DNA of 64,000 bases from an uncultured Candidatus Saccharibacteria bacterium (GCA_964474435.1 CAYYSI010000002.1:163604-227603), one strand, 5' to 3'. Positions 26,095 through 35,895 are shown, numbered from the stretch's first letter. Notes: generated by a model from the sequence alone, not told the origin. Numbers and translations: made by a program.

Positions 26095-28236
26095 ATGCAA
26101 CGAGAGTACCCCCTCAATAAAACACGTAACTTCGGAATCATTGCCCACATTGATGCCGGCAAAACCACGACTTCAGAACGCGTGCTCTACTATACTGGTC
26201 AGAGTCACAAGATCGGAGAAGTGCACGATGGTGAGACCACAACTGACTGGATGGAACAGGAGCGAGAGCGCGGTATCACTATCACTGCAGCTGCGGTGAC
26301 TTGTGCGTGGATCCCAACATATGAAAAAGGGGACAAGAGTAAGAGCTTCCGATTCAACATCATCGATACGCCAGGACACATCGACTTTACGGTGGAAGTG
26401 AAGCGATCACTGCGTGTACTCGACGGAGCAGTAGTGGTGTTCGACGGTGTTGCAGGAGTAGAACCTCAATCAGAAACAAACTGGCGTTACGCTGATGAAG
26501 CGCAAGTACCGCGTATTTGTTTTGTGAATAAACTCGACCGAACTGGTGCATCATTTGAACATTCATACAAGACGATCCAGGAACGACTTTCAAAGAAAGC
26601 TGTGCGATACCAGATCCCAATCGGACTTGAAGAAAATCACGAAGGTGTTGTTGATCTCCTCGAAATGAAGGCCTACTACTTCGAAGGTGAGATGGGGAAC
26701 AAGGTGATCCAAAAGGAGATCCCAGAAAACATGCTCGCCGAAGCCAAGACACTTCATGCAGAACTCGTCGAACGCATTGTCGAAAATGACGAAGCACAAA
26801 TGAATGCATACCTCGAAGGCAACGAACCAAGTCTTGCAGAACTCAAGGCAACCATGCGCAAGGCAGTCATTGCAAATGCAATCTTCCCAGTCTTTGCAGG
26901 TTCTGCATTGAAAAACAAAGGTGTACAGCTCGTCCTCGACGCCGTTGTTGACTACTTGCCAGCACCGATTGATATCAAGGCGATCACTGGTGTTAATCCA
27001 GATACTGACGAAGCGATTGATCGACCAGCAGACGATAGTGCACCGTTTTCAGCGCTCGCATTCAAGCTCATGGCCGATCCATTCGTTGGACAGCTCGTCT
27101 TCTTCCGTGTGTATTCAGGTACGCTCGAAGCAGGGTCATCGATCTACAATCCACGTACTCGCAACAAGGAACGCATCTCTCGTATCGTGCGCATGCAAGC
27201 CGACCAGCGTGAAGAAGTCCAGAAAGTATTCGCAGGAGAAATCGCGGCAGCTGTGGGACTCAAGGATGTGATCACGTCAGACACACTCTGTGATGAAGCA
27301 AATCCGATCGCGCTTGATCGTATCAAGTTCCCAGACCCAGTTATCTCACTCCGTATTGAACCAAAGACCAAAGCTGACCAAGAAAAGATGGGTCTTGCAC
27401 TCAACCGTCTCGCCAAAGAAGACCCAACCTTTGTGGTATCAACTGATCCAGAAACGATGGAAACTATCATCGCAGGTATGGGAGAGCTCCACCTCGAGAT
27501 CATCATCGATCGTATGAAGCGTGAGTTCAACGTTGAAGCAAACGTTGGTAAGCCACAGGTTGCATACCGCGAGACTATCACTGGTACTGCAGAAGTAGAA
27601 GGTAAGTACATCAAGCAGTCTGGAGGTAAGGGTAACTACGGTCACGTGAAAATCAAGATGAAGCCAATGGATCAGTCTATCAAGGCAGAAGACTTGCCAA
27701 AGAACACGACTCGCAAAAATGGTTACGAATTCATCAACAACATCAAAGGAGGAGCTATTCCAAATGAATTCATCCCACCAATCGAAAAAGGATTCCGAGA
27801 AGGTTTGGAACGTGGTGTACTCGCAGGCTTCAAACTCGAAAACGTCTCTGTCGAACTTTACGATGGATCATTCCACGAAGTCGACTCAAACGAAATGGCC
27901 TTCAAGATTGCTGCATCAATGGCAGTGCAGGATGCTGCAAAGATGGCAAAGCCTGTTATTCTTGAACCAATGATGAAAGTCGAAGTCGTCACTCCTGACA
28001 AGTTCATGGGAGATGTGACGGGATCACTCTCAGGCAAGCGAGGTATCATCGAAGGAATGGAGACTCGTGGACTCAACCAGGTCGTCAACGCAGTTGTACC
28101 GCTTTCAGAAATGTTTGGCTACATGACGAACCTTCGCTCTATGACCGAAGGACGCGCCGGATTTACGATGGAATTCCTCCGTTACGACATCGTGCCGACC
28201 AACGTTGCCGAGACGATCATCGCAGCGAGAAAATAA
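26095..28236 (+). CDS. fusA: Elongation factor G.
   Basis: 713 aa. G-domain motifs AHIDAGKTT and DTPGHIDF, with domains II-V present. Confidence 0.95.
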   Translation: MQREYPLNKTRNFGIIAHIDAGKTTTSERVLYYTGQSHKIGEVHDGETTTDWMEQERERGITITAAAVTCAWIPTYEKGDKSKSFRFNIIDTPGHIDFTVEVKRSLRVLDGAVVVFDGVAGVEPQSETNWRYADEAQVPRICFVNKLDRTGASFEHSYKTIQERLSKKAVRYQIPIGLEENHEGVVDLLEMKAYYFEGEMGNKVIQKEIPENMLAEAKTLHAELVERIVENDEAQMNAYLEGNEPSLAELKATMRKAVIANAIFPVFAGSALKNKGVQLVLDAVVDYLPAPIDIKAITGVNPDTDEAIDRPADDSAPFSALAFKLMADPFVGQLVFFRVYSGTLEAGSSIYNPRTRNKERISRIVRMQADQREEVQKVFAGEIAAAVGLKDVITSDTLCDEANPIALDRIKFPDPVISLRIEPKTKADQEKMGLALNRLAKEDPTFVVSTDPETMETIIAGMGELHLEIIIDRMKREFNVEANVGKPQVAYRETITGTAEVEGKYIKQSGGKGNYGHVKIKMKPMDQSIKAEDLPKNTTRKNGYEFINNIKGGAIPNEFIPPIEKGFREGLERGVLAGFKLENVSVELYDGSFHEVDSNEMAFKIAASMAVQDAAKMAKPVILEPMMKVEVVTPDKFMGDVTGSLSGKRGIIEGMETRGLNQVVNAVVPLSEMFGYMTNLRSMTEGRAGFTMEFLRYDIVPTNVAETIIAARK

Positions 28237-28249
28237 TTACTCACAAAAT

Positions 28250-28275
28250 CTCCCCGAAAGGGGAGTTTTTGTTTT
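28250..28275 (+). terminator. Intrinsic terminator after fusA (CTCCCCGAAAGGGGAG plus T-tract).
   Basis: Perfect 6-bp GC stem with GAAA loop and TTTTTGTTTT. It belongs to the recurrent ccccgaaagggg terminator family in this window. Confidence 0.6.
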
Positions 28276-28301
28276 GACAAAAAGTGAAATATAGATATAA
28301 T
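28274..28301 (+). promoter_or_regulatory. Consensus sigma70-like promoter (TTGACA-16-TATAAT).
   Basis: ttgacaaaaagtgaaatatagatataat, directly downstream of the fusA terminator and upstream of the 141-aa ORF. Confidence 0.5.
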
Positions 28302-28326
28302 AAAGAAAAACTTAAAACAATTTCAT

Positions 28327-28752
28327 ATGAACAAAAGCAAAGTCCTCTTGCCAGAGGCTATTTTGATCCTTGGCAAGAAAAAAGGAATCATACGGATTCT
28401 AGGAACCAAAAGGAAATGGAAAATAAATGCAACACAGCGTACTGGCGAAATGCAGGTTGAGGGTACCGGAAGACTTGTAATCCGAGTCCTAAAACATCCT
28501 TGCAGCAGTTCTTTATCTGTTGCATACTCGCCAAACGAACATGAAGAGAAATCTTTATTCACCGTACTAAGCTCTAATGTAGAAGGCCAAACTGAACGGA
28601 TCAGGGTTATACCGACCAATGGTTTTGAAGAGTCTCCCGGTTTAGTTACTATAGTGAAGGGGATATATAATTATTTCAATCAACTCCTTCCCCCTACTAT
28701 GCGGTTACCAGAGTTTGCCACCCAATGTTCATCCGGTGATGTTTGCTATTAA
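28327..28752 (+). CDS. Hypothetical protein inserted between fusA and tuf.
   Basis: 141-aa ORF, AT-rich, flanked by its own promoter and terminator. No family recognised. Coding status is uncertain. Confidence 0.3.
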   Translation: MNKSKVLLPEAILILGKKKGIIRILGTKRKWKINATQRTGEMQVEGTGRLVIRVLKHPCSSSLSVAYSPNEHEEKSLFTVLSSNVEGQTERIRVIPTNGFEESPGLVTIVKGIYNYFNQLLPPTMRLPEFATQCSSGDVCY

Positions 28753-28763
28753 TTTTTTTTGAA

Positions 28764-28792
28764 AGAGCCTTCGCAAGAGGCTCTTTTTCTTT
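28764..28792 (+). terminator. Intrinsic terminator.
   Basis: agagcct-tcgcaag-aggctct followed by TTTTTCTTT. Confidence 0.55.
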
Positions 28793-28818
28793 GACAAAAC
28801 ACCTCCACCTGTTATCAT
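28791..28818 (+). promoter_or_regulatory. Sigma70-like promoter for tuf (TTGACA-16-TATCAT).
   Basis: ttgacaaaacacctccacctgttatcat. The ~80-nt leader contains hairpin gcctcc-tccc-ggaggc. Confidence 0.45.
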
Positions 28819-28899
28819 AGGGGACAACCTATTTTGCGCCTCCTCCCGGAGGCTGGTTGGTTTTGTTTGTACGATTATTAGATATATAACATTTATTAT

Positions 28900-30090
28900 A
28901 TGGCAGAAGCATTTAAGAGAGACAAGCCACACGTAAACGTTGGTACCATCGGTCACGTTGACCATGGCAAGACCACGCTTACCGCGGCAATCCTTCATGT
29001 ATTGAACATGGCAGGAAACACAGTTAAGTTGAAGGGTGTTGGAGACATCGACGGTGCTCCAGAAGAAAAGGCACGTGGTATTACGATCAACATTTCGCAC
29101 AATGAGTACGAAACTGCGACTCGTCACTACGCACACATTGATGCTCCAGGTCACGCCGACTACATCAAGAACATGATTACTGGTGCAGCTCAGATGGACG
29201 GTGCAATCATTGTGGTTGCAGCGACTGATGGTGCTATGCCACAGACTCGTGAACACATCCTCCTTGCAAAGCAAGTTGGTGTGCCAAAGATCATCGTGTT
29301 CCTCAACAAGTGTGACATGGTGGACGATGCCGACATGATCGACCTCGTTGAAGAAGAAATCCGAGAAATCCTCGGCAAGCAAGGCTTTGACAAAGACTGC
29401 CCGGTTATCCGCGGATCAGGTCTCAAGGCACTTGAATCAACTTCTATTGATGACCCATGGGCACAAAAGGTTCTTGAGCTCACAAACGCGCTCGACACCT
29501 ACATCCCAATGCCAGAACGTGAAATCGACAAGCCATTCCTTATGCCGATCGAAGATATCTTTTCTATCGAAGGACGTGGAACGGTGGTTACTGGTCGTAT
29601 CGAACGTGGTCAGGTAAAGGTTGGAGAAGAAATTGAAATCGTTGGTATCAAGGACACTGTGAAAACAACTGTTACTGGTATCGAAATGTTCAACAAACAG
29701 CTCGACACTGGTTTGGCAGGTGACAACGCAGGTATCCTCCTTCGCGGTGCGAAGAAAGATGACCTCACTCGTGGTCAGGTGCTTGCAAAGGTTGGCTCAG
29801 TGAAGCCTCACACAGAATTTGAAGGTGAAGTGTACATCTTGAAGAAGGAAGAAGGCGGACGCCACACTCCATTCATCAACGGATACAAGCCTCAGTTCTA
29901 CGTGCGAACAACTGACGTGACTGGAGAAGTATCACTCCCAGCAGGAACAGAAATGGTCATGCCAGGAGATACTGTAAAGATCACTGTCAAGCTCGTTGTG
30001 CCAGTTGCGCTCGAAGACCAAATGCGTTTTGCTATCCGAGAAGGAGGCCGAACCGTTGGAGCTGGAGTGGTAACAAAGGTTATTGCGTAA
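28900..30090 (+). CDS. tuf: Elongation factor Tu.
   Basis: 396 aa. [10 protein letters not shown] and DAPGHADY, with high identity to canonical EF-Tu throughout. Confidence 0.95.
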   Translation: MAEAFKRDKPHVNVGTIGHVDHGKTTLTAAILHVLNMAGNTVKLKGVGDIDGAPEEKARGITINISHNEYETATRHYAHIDAPGHADYIKNMITGAAQMDGAIIVVAATDGAMPQTREHILLAKQVGVPKIIVFLNKCDMVDDADMIDLVEEEIREILGKQGFDKDCPVIRGSGLKALESTSIDDPWAQKVLELTNALDTYIPMPEREIDKPFLMPIEDIFSIEGRGTVVTGRIERGQVKVGEEIEIVGIKDTVKTTVTGIEMFNKQLDTGLAGDNAGILLRGAKKDDLTRGQVLAKVGSVKPHTEFEGEVYILKKEEGGRHTPFINGYKPQFYVRTTDVTGEVSLPAGTEMVMPGDTVKITVKLVVPVALEDQMRFAIREGGRTVGAGVVTKVIA

Positions 30091-30174
30091 ATACTAATAA
30101 GGCGTGAGTCGCGGACTCTTTCATGAAAACATAAGCACTCATGATCGATCATCCAACGCTATGCCGAGTTCATT

Positions 30175-30534
30175 ATGACAACAAAAACCCCAGCAAAAAA
30201 AACGAAAGCTACGAAAAAGGACGACGTACAAAGCATGCTTCGCATCCGAGTACGAGCGTACGAAAACAAAATTCTTGATGCGTCAGTGAAGCAGATCGTG
30301 GACACTGCAGTACGGTACGATGCCGTAGTCCGTGGTCCGATCCCATTGCCAACTGAGATCAAGAAGTACACGGTCAACCGTTCTCCGTTCATCTACAAAA
30401 ACGCTCGTGAGCAATTTGAGATGCGCGTACACAAGCGATTGATCGACATCGAAAACCCTTCACCCAAAGTCATTGAGGCGCTTACAAACCTCTCAATGCC
30501 ATCTGGTGTAGATATTGATGTCAAAATGATGTAA
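30175..30534 (+). CDS. rpsJ: 30S ribosomal protein S10, with a Lys-rich N-terminal extension.
   Basis: [24 protein letters not shown] ... RGPIPLPT ... [24 protein letters not shown]. Confidence 0.9.
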   Translation: MTTKTPAKKTKATKKDDVQSMLRIRVRAYENKILDASVKQIVDTAVRYDAVVRGPIPLPTEIKKYTVNRSPFIYKNAREQFEMRVHKRLIDIENPSPKVIEALTNLSMPSGVDIDVKMM

Positions 30535-30595
30535 GGGAACATTTATCCAGCGAAGACGTAGTCTGAGTCGGGTAAAGCAAAAATTACTCAGCAAA

Positions 30596-30624
30596 AAATC
30601 CCCGAAAGGGGATTTTTTGTTTTA
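30596..30624 (+). terminator. Intrinsic terminator (ATCCCCGAAAGGGGAT plus T-tract) after rpsJ.
   Basis: aaaaaatccccgaaaggggattttttgtttt. Identical hairpins recur at 31708 and 32163. Confidence 0.6.
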
Positions 30625-30660
30625 GAAATTCTTTAACTCGTACCTGATACGATTTATATT

Positions 30661-31053
30661 ATGAACAAAAAAGATTATTCAATCTGGCATGATATAAAAA
30701 CTGAAGTTCATAATAAAAAAGAGCGGCCATATTTTCATGAGCGAGAAATATGGTTTTGTATGCTCGGTGCAAATATTGGTTTTGAACAAGATGGAAGAGG
30801 AAAAGAATATCTGCGCCCTGTGGTCGTTATAAGAAAGTTTAATAATGAGGTTTGTCTGGTAATCCCTCTGACCAAGAATCATAAGAAAGGAATTCATTAT
30901 TTTTCTTTCTTATATAAAGATGAGATGGTTAGCACTGCTATTCTTTCACAGGTGAGACTTGTTGATGCAAAACGTTTGGATTACAAATCTGGAACTATAT
31001 CAGAACTTGATTTTCTATCATTAAAACAAAAACTCAAGCGGTTGATTGCCTGA
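30661..31053 (+). CDS. MazF/PemK/Kid-like endoribonuclease toxin-fold protein, apparently solitary.
   Basis: 130 aa. EREIWFCMLGANIGFEQDGRGKEYLRPVVVIRKFNNEVCLVIPLT and VRLVDAKRL align with the MazF/EndoA pattern (GD.Y...L.P..GSEQ.G.RPVLV. ... IRTIDK.RL). No small antitoxin-like ORF lies upstream. Confidence 0.55.
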   Translation: MNKKDYSIWHDIKTEVHNKKERPYFHEREIWFCMLGANIGFEQDGRGKEYLRPVVVIRKFNNEVCLVIPLTKNHKKGIHYFSFLYKDEMVSTAILSQVRLVDAKRLDYKSGTISELDFLSLKQKLKRLIA

Positions 31054-31207
31054 GTTTTTGTACTTTTTACCCCGAAGGGAGGGCCGAAGCCATTTGTACT
31101 ACTAGTATACTTGGCGCTCGTGATAAGTCAATTTTCCCCGAAGGGAACGTGAGTAGCCCAAAATGTATACTAAGTATATCAAACCCTATTTGCTATAATT
31201 ACTCAAT

Positions 31208-31699
31208 ATGAAAAATATACAACAGGGTTTTATCGGCATAGTACTGATTATTGTTGCGGCACTTGCAATCGGAGGAGGTGTATATTACCAACACAAGAAC
31301 AAAGTGGAAGTGAAGCAGCAAGTGGACACTAGTGTTGTTGTAAACGATGAGCAGAAAACTGTTGAGGAACAAAAACCTGCACCAGCAAAGAAACCAGTAG
31401 TACTAAGCTTTGAAGCAAAGGCGCGTGCTGCTGCGAAGGCGGGTGAATGTGGGAAAAAGGGTACGATCGGCGCTGCTACAAATGTACAAGAAGAATATGA
31501 GTACGCACTATTCACTATTGATGGCTCAACTACTGCGAACTATTGTGCTGTCGATTTGTATGCAGGTACTATCACTGCTATCAATTCAAGACCCCTATGT
31601 GATGCAAATGGTGAGAATTGTCATGGAACTGGACTTATGCTGACACCTAAAAAGCTATACGAAAGTATTCCTGTAGCACCTGACCCTTCAACTCTCTAA
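31208..31699 (+). CDS. Membrane-anchored hypothetical protein, Cys-containing extracytoplasmic domain.
   Basis: 163 aa. N-terminal TM helix (FIGIVLIIVAALAIGGGVYY), a Lys/Glu/Pro linker and a C-terminal domain with 4 Cys. Confidence 0.4.
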   Translation: MKNIQQGFIGIVLIIVAALAIGGGVYYQHKNKVEVKQQVDTSVVVNDEQKTVEEQKPAPAKKPVVLSFEAKARAAAKAGECGKKGTIGAATNVQEEYEYALFTIDGSTTANYCAVDLYAGTITAINSRPLCDANGENCHGTGLMLTPKKLYESIPVAPDPSTL

Positions 31700-31707
31700 G
31701 TAAAAAA

Positions 31708-31758
31708 ATCCCCGAAAGGGGATTTTTTGTTTGACCAATTCTTGAAAAAGAGTAGAGT
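31708..31758 (+). promoter_or_regulatory. Terminator plus promoter module (ATCCCCGAAAGGGGAT plus T-tract, then TTGACC-16-TAGAGT).
   Basis: aaaaaatccccgaaaggggattttttgtttgaccaattcttgaaaaagagtagagt. A near-identical module recurs at 32163-32210. Confidence 0.5.
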
Positions 31759-31776
31759 GAAGCAAAACTTACAATT

Positions 31777-32154
31777 ATGAACCTTATATTTAAAAAACTA
31801 TTTTTGGGAGTATTACTCTCCACAGTGTTACTTGTACCCTTTTTAGAAGGTGAGTATGTTAAGAGCCAAATTATCAGGATAGTTCTTGCATGGCTCGGTG
31901 TATGGCTTGCATGGGTACTATTTCTGATGAGTGTTACTCGAATCTTTTCCGTAAAACGTACTGACCTGATAAATATTGCCACAATATTTATTTCGTTTTT
32001 CATATTAGTTCTCTTGGTTGTTCACTCAAAGGTCTTGCCAGATCATTTTCTCCGAACATTCTTTCCAGTGATTACGGCGGTATTGTATTGTGGAGCTTTC
32101 TCTTATGCTCGTGCTTACATCAAAGCTAAAAAAGAAGCAAACATATCCTGCTAA
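31777..32154 (+). CDS. Small polytopic hypothetical membrane protein.
   Basis: 125 aa with 3-4 predicted TM helices. Confidence 0.4.
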   Translation: MNLIFKKLFLGVLLSTVLLVPFLEGEYVKSQIIRIVLAWLGVWLAWVLFLMSVTRIFSVKRTDLINIATIFISFFILVLLVVHSKVLPDHFLRTFFPVITAVLYCGAFSYARAYIKAKKEANISC

Positions 32155-32162
32155 TCCTTCAA

Positions 32163-32210
32163 ATCCCCGAAAGGGGATTTTTTTGACTTATTTTCAAAAA
32201 AGAGTAGGGT
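32163..32210 (+). promoter_or_regulatory. Terminator plus promoter module (ATCCCCGAAAGGGGAT plus T-tract, then TTGACT-16-TAGGGT).
   Basis: aaatccccgaaaggggatttttttgacttattttcaaaaaagagtagggt. It is paralogous to the 31708 module. Confidence 0.5.
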
Positions 32211-32229
32211 ACAAGAAAAATATAATTTT

Positions 32230-32514
32230 ATGAGTAAAATCATCAATCTCCAGGTTTATTGGCAGACTCACTGTGACCAAAAATATCTCGTCATAAAGAA
32301 AGCTGACAAGGAGTATGTTAATCCGCAGGCAACAATTCGTTCTCTTGCTCTTGATATCGAAGACAACTTTCTCCCTAAAGAAAAAGATGCTCTTGTAAAT
32401 ATCAATTGTAGTCCAGATTTTGAGATATCGATTAGATACGGAAAAAACCCTAAACATAACCAGGCACTTTCCGAGGAGGAAGAAGTTCAATTATTCAAAG
32501 AGCTTCATGATTAA
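32230..32514 (+). CDS. Hypothetical small protein.
   Basis: 94-aa ORF. No family recognised. Confidence 0.35.
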   Translation: MSKIINLQVYWQTHCDQKYLVIKKADKEYVNPQATIRSLALDIEDNFLPKEKDALVNINCSPDFEISIRYGKNPKHNQALSEEEEVQLFKELHD

Positions 32515-32534
32515 AAACTTCTGATAGAGATGTA

Positions 32535-32558
32535 AGGCCCTATTTAATAGGGCTTTTT
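32535..32558 (+). terminator. Intrinsic terminator.
   Basis: aggcccta-ttta-atagggct followed by TTTTT. Confidence 0.5.
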
Positions 32559-32566
32559 ATATAAAC

Positions 32567-32594
32567 TTGCGTGATTTTAAAAGCCGTGTATAAT
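32567..32594 (+). promoter_or_regulatory. Sigma70-like promoter for the rplC operon (TTGCGT-16-TATAAT).
   Basis: ttgcgtgattttaaaagccgtgtataat. The ~60-nt leader contains hairpin agaccaa...ttggtct. Confidence 0.5.
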
Positions 32595-32654
32595 CTCCAG
32601 ACCAATTAAAAGGCCGCCTTTGGTCTCAGAAAAATGGTCCAATACCCGCCCTAG

Positions 32655-33290
32655 GTGGCGAGCAAGAACATGAAATTCATCATCGGAACAAAACTCAATA
32701 TGACGCAGCGCTTCGACGAGAAGGGAATCGTTACTCCTGTAACGGCTATTTCTGTTGACGCAAACGTTGTGACAGCCCTCAAGACTGTCGAAAAGGATGG
32801 CTATACTGCAGTCCAGGTTGGATTCGGGACCCAAAAGGAATCTCGTGTAAATCAGGCACAGCTCAAGGCCAATGACGGCAAGGCATTCAAAGGCATGCAG
32901 GAATTCCGCACAGACGGTGCGACAGATGTTGCGGTCGGAGATGCAGTTGCACTCTCTGCATTTGCAGCAGGGGATGATGTCGTTGTGACTGGGACATCCA
33001 AGTCAAAAGGCTTCCAAGGTGTGGTCAAGCGACACGGCTTCCACGGAGGACCTCGCTCTCACGGTCAGAAGCACTCAGAACGTGAACCAGGATCAATTGG
33101 TGGTGGACCAGGACGTGCCGGAGGCCGCGTGGTCAAGGGTATGCGCATGGCAGGACGCACCGGAGGTGATACTGTGACTGTGAAGGGCCTCAAGGTAGTG
33201 GCAGTTGATGAAGCTTCAAACATGATCTTCATCAGTGGCGCAGTGCCAGGTCGTCGAGGAACGCTTGTTCGTATCGTGAGTATGAGTTAA
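32655..33290 (+). CDS. rplC: 50S ribosomal protein L3.
   Basis: The conserved core begins MKFIIGTKLNMTQRF at 32670, which may be the true start. The track ORF opens 5 codons earlier at a GTG. Confidence 0.9.
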   Translation: MASKNMKFIIGTKLNMTQRFDEKGIVTPVTAISVDANVVTALKTVEKDGYTAVQVGFGTQKESRVNQAQLKANDGKAFKGMQEFRTDGATDVAVGDAVALSAFAAGDDVVVTGTSKSKGFQGVVKRHGFHGGPRSHGQKHSEREPGSIGGGPGRAGGRVVKGMRMAGRTGGDTVTVKGLKVVAVDEASNMIFISGAVPGRRGTLVRIVSMS

Positions 33291-33294
33291 TTAT

Positions 33295-34005
33295 ATGGCT
33301 ACAACAAAAACAACAACTAAAAAGGCTCCAACCACAGTATCTCTCGATGCAACTATTTACTCACAGGCTGGAAAGAGTGCTGGAACAGTTACTCTTCCCG
33401 AAAAAGTATTCGGACTCAAGTGGAATGCCGACCTCGTACACGAAGTGGTGACATCAATGATGGCCAACAAGCGCGCAGGCACCGCTCATACCAAGGATCG
33501 CTCAGAGGTTTCTGGTGGTGGTAAAAAGCCATGGAAGCAAAAGGGAACTGGTCAGGCTCGACACGGCTCAACTCGATCTCCTATCTGGAGTGGTGGAGGT
33601 ATCACATTCGGTCCTCGCAACGACAAGGATTATTCTAAAAAGATCAACAAAAAGACTCGCGTCAAAGCACTCTTTACGGTCATCTCTCGCAAGTACGCAC
33701 TTGGTGCAATGCTCTTTGTGGATGCGGTATCACTCTCTGCAATGAAGACAAAGGATGCACAGTCAGTCGTGTCTGCATGGGCAAAGGTTGATGGATTTGA
33801 TAAGATCGACTCAACCAAGAAAACGGGTACACTTATGGTGCTTCCTGAGCATGATGTAAACGTTGAAAAGAGTTTTGCAAACCTCCCTGGTGTCACCACT
33901 GTGTTGCTTGCAGATATCAACCCACTCACGCTCATGAATTTCCGTCACATCGTGATGGTAAATCCCGCAGCTCTCGTACCAGTGTTAGAAGCAAAGATGA
34001 AATAA
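33295..34005 (+). CDS. rplD: 50S ribosomal protein L4.
   Basis: 236 aa. ...GGGKKPWKQKGTGQARHGS... is the canonical L4 motif. Confidence 0.9.
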   Translation: MATTKTTTKKAPTTVSLDATIYSQAGKSAGTVTLPEKVFGLKWNADLVHEVVTSMMANKRAGTAHTKDRSEVSGGGKKPWKQKGTGQARHGSTRSPIWSGGGITFGPRNDKDYSKKINKKTRVKALFTVISRKYALGAMLFVDAVSLSAMKTKDAQSVVSAWAKVDGFDKIDSTKKTGTLMVLPEHDVNVEKSFANLPGVTTVLLADINPLTLMNFRHIVMVNPAALVPVLEAKMK

Positions 34006-34010
34006 ACTAT

Positions 34011-34319
34011 ATGGCTACTACAAAAGACACAACTAAAAAGGTAGAAGTGAAGGCAAGTGTGCTCAAGCGTCCTCGCATTACAGAAAAGGCGGCAAACAAT
34101 GCGAGCCACTCTTGCTACCTCTTTGATATTGCTCCAGGTACGACCAAGAATGAAGTCGCAAAGGCATTCCAGGCGCAGTACAAGCAAAAGCCTATCAAGG
34201 TAAATGTGGTCAATGTGAAGCCAAAGTCATTTTTCCGACGCGGCGTCCTCGGCTTTGCCAAGAAGAGCAAGAAGGCGTATGTCTTTTTAAAGAAAGGCAC
34301 GACGATCGAAATAATGTAA
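34011..34319 (+). CDS. rplW: 50S ribosomal protein L23.
   Basis: 102 aa. VLKRPRITEKAANNASHSCYLFDIAPGTTKNEVAKAF. Confidence 0.9.
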   Translation: MATTKDTTKKVEVKASVLKRPRITEKAANNASHSCYLFDIAPGTTKNEVAKAFQAQYKQKPIKVNVVNVKPKSFFRRGVLGFAKKSKKAYVFLKKGTTIEIM

Positions 34320-34332
34320 AGAGTTATTATTT

Positions 34333-35169
34333 ATGAAATCACGCAAACCAACATCAGCAGGACAGAGACAGACACTTACGATCGACTATCGCAAGCTTTT
34401 GACTCGCACCAAGCCAGAGAAATCTCTCACGGTTGGACAGAAGCGTCACGTAGGCCGCAACAACCTCGGTCGTATCACGACTCGCCACAAAGGAGGAGGT
34501 AACAAACGCAACTACCGTCTCGTAGACTTTACATACAACAAACACGACATTCCGGCTCGCATTGACTCTATCGAATACGATCCAAACCGATCTGCATTTA
34601 TCGGACTTGCCATCTATGCTGACGGCGAGAAGCGATACGTTGTCCTCCCAAAGAACATGAAGGTTGGTGACAAATTCATCGTCTCTGAAACTGCCGCAAT
34701 CGAAACTGGAAACCGCCTCCCATTCAAAAATATCCCTGCAGGTACATTCGTCTACAACATCGAGGTGAAACCTGGGGCGGGGGCAAAGATCGTTCGCTCA
34801 GCAGGTTCATTTGCTCAGATTGTTGCGCAAAACGAAGGTTACACCCAGCTCAAACTTCCATCATCTGAAATCCGCCGTGTCCAAGAAACATGTTGGGCAA
34901 CCATCGGTACGGTATCAAACGATGAGAACAAACTCGTGCGATACGGAAAGGCTGGCCGAAGTCGATGGATGGGTATCCGACCGACTGTCCGTGGTACTGC
35001 CATGAACCCTGTGGATCACCCATACGGTGGAGGTGAAGGCGTACAGGGCCGTGGTACCAAGCGTCCCAAGACTCTCTGGGGTAAGGTTACTGGCGGTCGC
35101 AAGACTCGTACTCCAAAGAAGTACTCAAACCAAAACGTCATCTCGAGACGCAAGGTTGGGAAGAAATAA
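34333..35169 (+). CDS. rplB: 50S ribosomal protein L2.
   Basis: 278 aa. ...MNPVDHPYGGGEG... is the canonical L2 motif. Confidence 0.95.
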   Translation: MKSRKPTSAGQRQTLTIDYRKLLTRTKPEKSLTVGQKRHVGRNNLGRITTRHKGGGNKRNYRLVDFTYNKHDIPARIDSIEYDPNRSAFIGLAIYADGEKRYVVLPKNMKVGDKFIVSETAAIETGNRLPFKNIPAGTFVYNIEVKPGAGAKIVRSAGSFAQIVAQNEGYTQLKLPSSEIRRVQETCWATIGTVSNDENKLVRYGKAGRSRWMGIRPTVRGTAMNPVDHPYGGGEGVQGRGTKRPKTLWGKVTGGRKTRTPKKYSNQNVISRRKVGKK

Positions 35170-35201
35170 TTTCTCCACTATTCTTAAATTTTTTACAAGA
35201 A

Positions 35202-35249
35202 GCCATCCGAAAGGGTGGTTTTTGACTTTTTTAATATATTTGGTATAGT
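35202..35249 (+). promoter_or_regulatory. Terminator (gccatcc-gaaa-gggtggt plus T-tract), then sigma70-like promoter (TTGACT-16-TATAGT), downstream of rplB.
   Basis: agccatccgaaagggtggtttttgacttttttaatatatttggtatagt. Confidence 0.45.
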
Positions 35250-35264
35250 AAATAAAAATCTTTT

Positions 35265-35462
35265 ATGAAAAAGTTCTATATTTGCTGCTTGATAGTATGG
35301 CTCGGTCTGCTGGTTGTACTCATACTGATTGGTTCAAAACCTCAGTATCAAAAACAAAGCGGGGCCATATTTGGACTATTATTCTTTAGTTTCCCCCTGC
35401 TTCTCATTTCAGCCGGCAATATCCTTAATACGTTTTTTAATAAAATCCTATTTCATAAATAG
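35265..35462 (+). CDS. Small hydrophobic hypothetical protein (2 TM helices).
   Basis: 65-aa ORF, MKKFYICCLIVWLGLLVVLILIG...FGLLFFSFPLLLISAG. Its 3' end overlaps the unused upstream portion of ORF 35329-35895. Coding status is uncertain. Confidence 0.3.
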   Translation: MKKFYICCLIVWLGLLVVLILIGSKPQYQKQSGAIFGLLFFSFPLLLISAGNILNTFFNKILFHK

Positions 35463-35487
35463 GATTTTATCTATTATACTTCTTGGA

Positions 35488-35895
35488 ATGGAAGAAAAAC
35501 TCTCAAAGAATATATCAGAAAAGAAACGCTTCTCAATCATTGCTCGCGCGCGAAGTTTTAAGCATGCAGTACGGGGGATTGGTATCATTTTTAAAACACA
35601 GCACAATGCGTGGGTGCATACAATCGCAGGGATTGCTGTAGTGGGACTGGGATTGCATCTCAAGATCAATGAAGCTGAATGGTCTGCCATTATCATAGCC
35701 ATAGCTGCTGTATTGGCCGCAGAAGGCTTCAATACAGCCCTCGAAATCGACATTGATCTTACCAGTCCAGACTACCATCCCTATGCCCGGGACACGAAGG
35801 ATGTGGCCGCAGGGGCAGTACTTTTGACGGTTATCGGAGCAGTTTTGGTCGGATTGATCATATTTATTCCAAAGCTCATACCGCTTTTCTCATAA
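35488..35895 (+). CDS. dgkA: Diacylglycerol kinase / undecaprenol kinase family protein (DgkA-like).
   Basis: The start was re-chosen at MEEKLSKNISEKKRFS within ORF 35329-35895. SFKHAVRGIGIIFKTQHNAWVH ... AEGFNTALEIDIDLTSPDYHPYARDTKDVAAGAVLL matches the DgkA signature (AE..NTAIE..VD......H...K.AKD.GSAAV). Confidence 0.65.
   Translation: MEEKLSKNISEKKRFSIIARARSFKHAVRGIGIIFKTQHNAWVHTIAGIAVVGLGLHLKINEAEWSAIIIAIAAVLAAEGFNTALEIDIDLTSPDYHPYARDTKDVAAGAVLLTVIGAVLVGLIIFIPKLIPLFS

Noticed and set aside
30661-31053. Toxin-antitoxin pair
   Set aside because: Only the MazF-like toxin partner is recognisable. No small upstream antitoxin ORF exists between rpsJ and the toxin gene. The complete type II TA call was therefore not made, and the gene is reported as a solitary toxin-fold gene.
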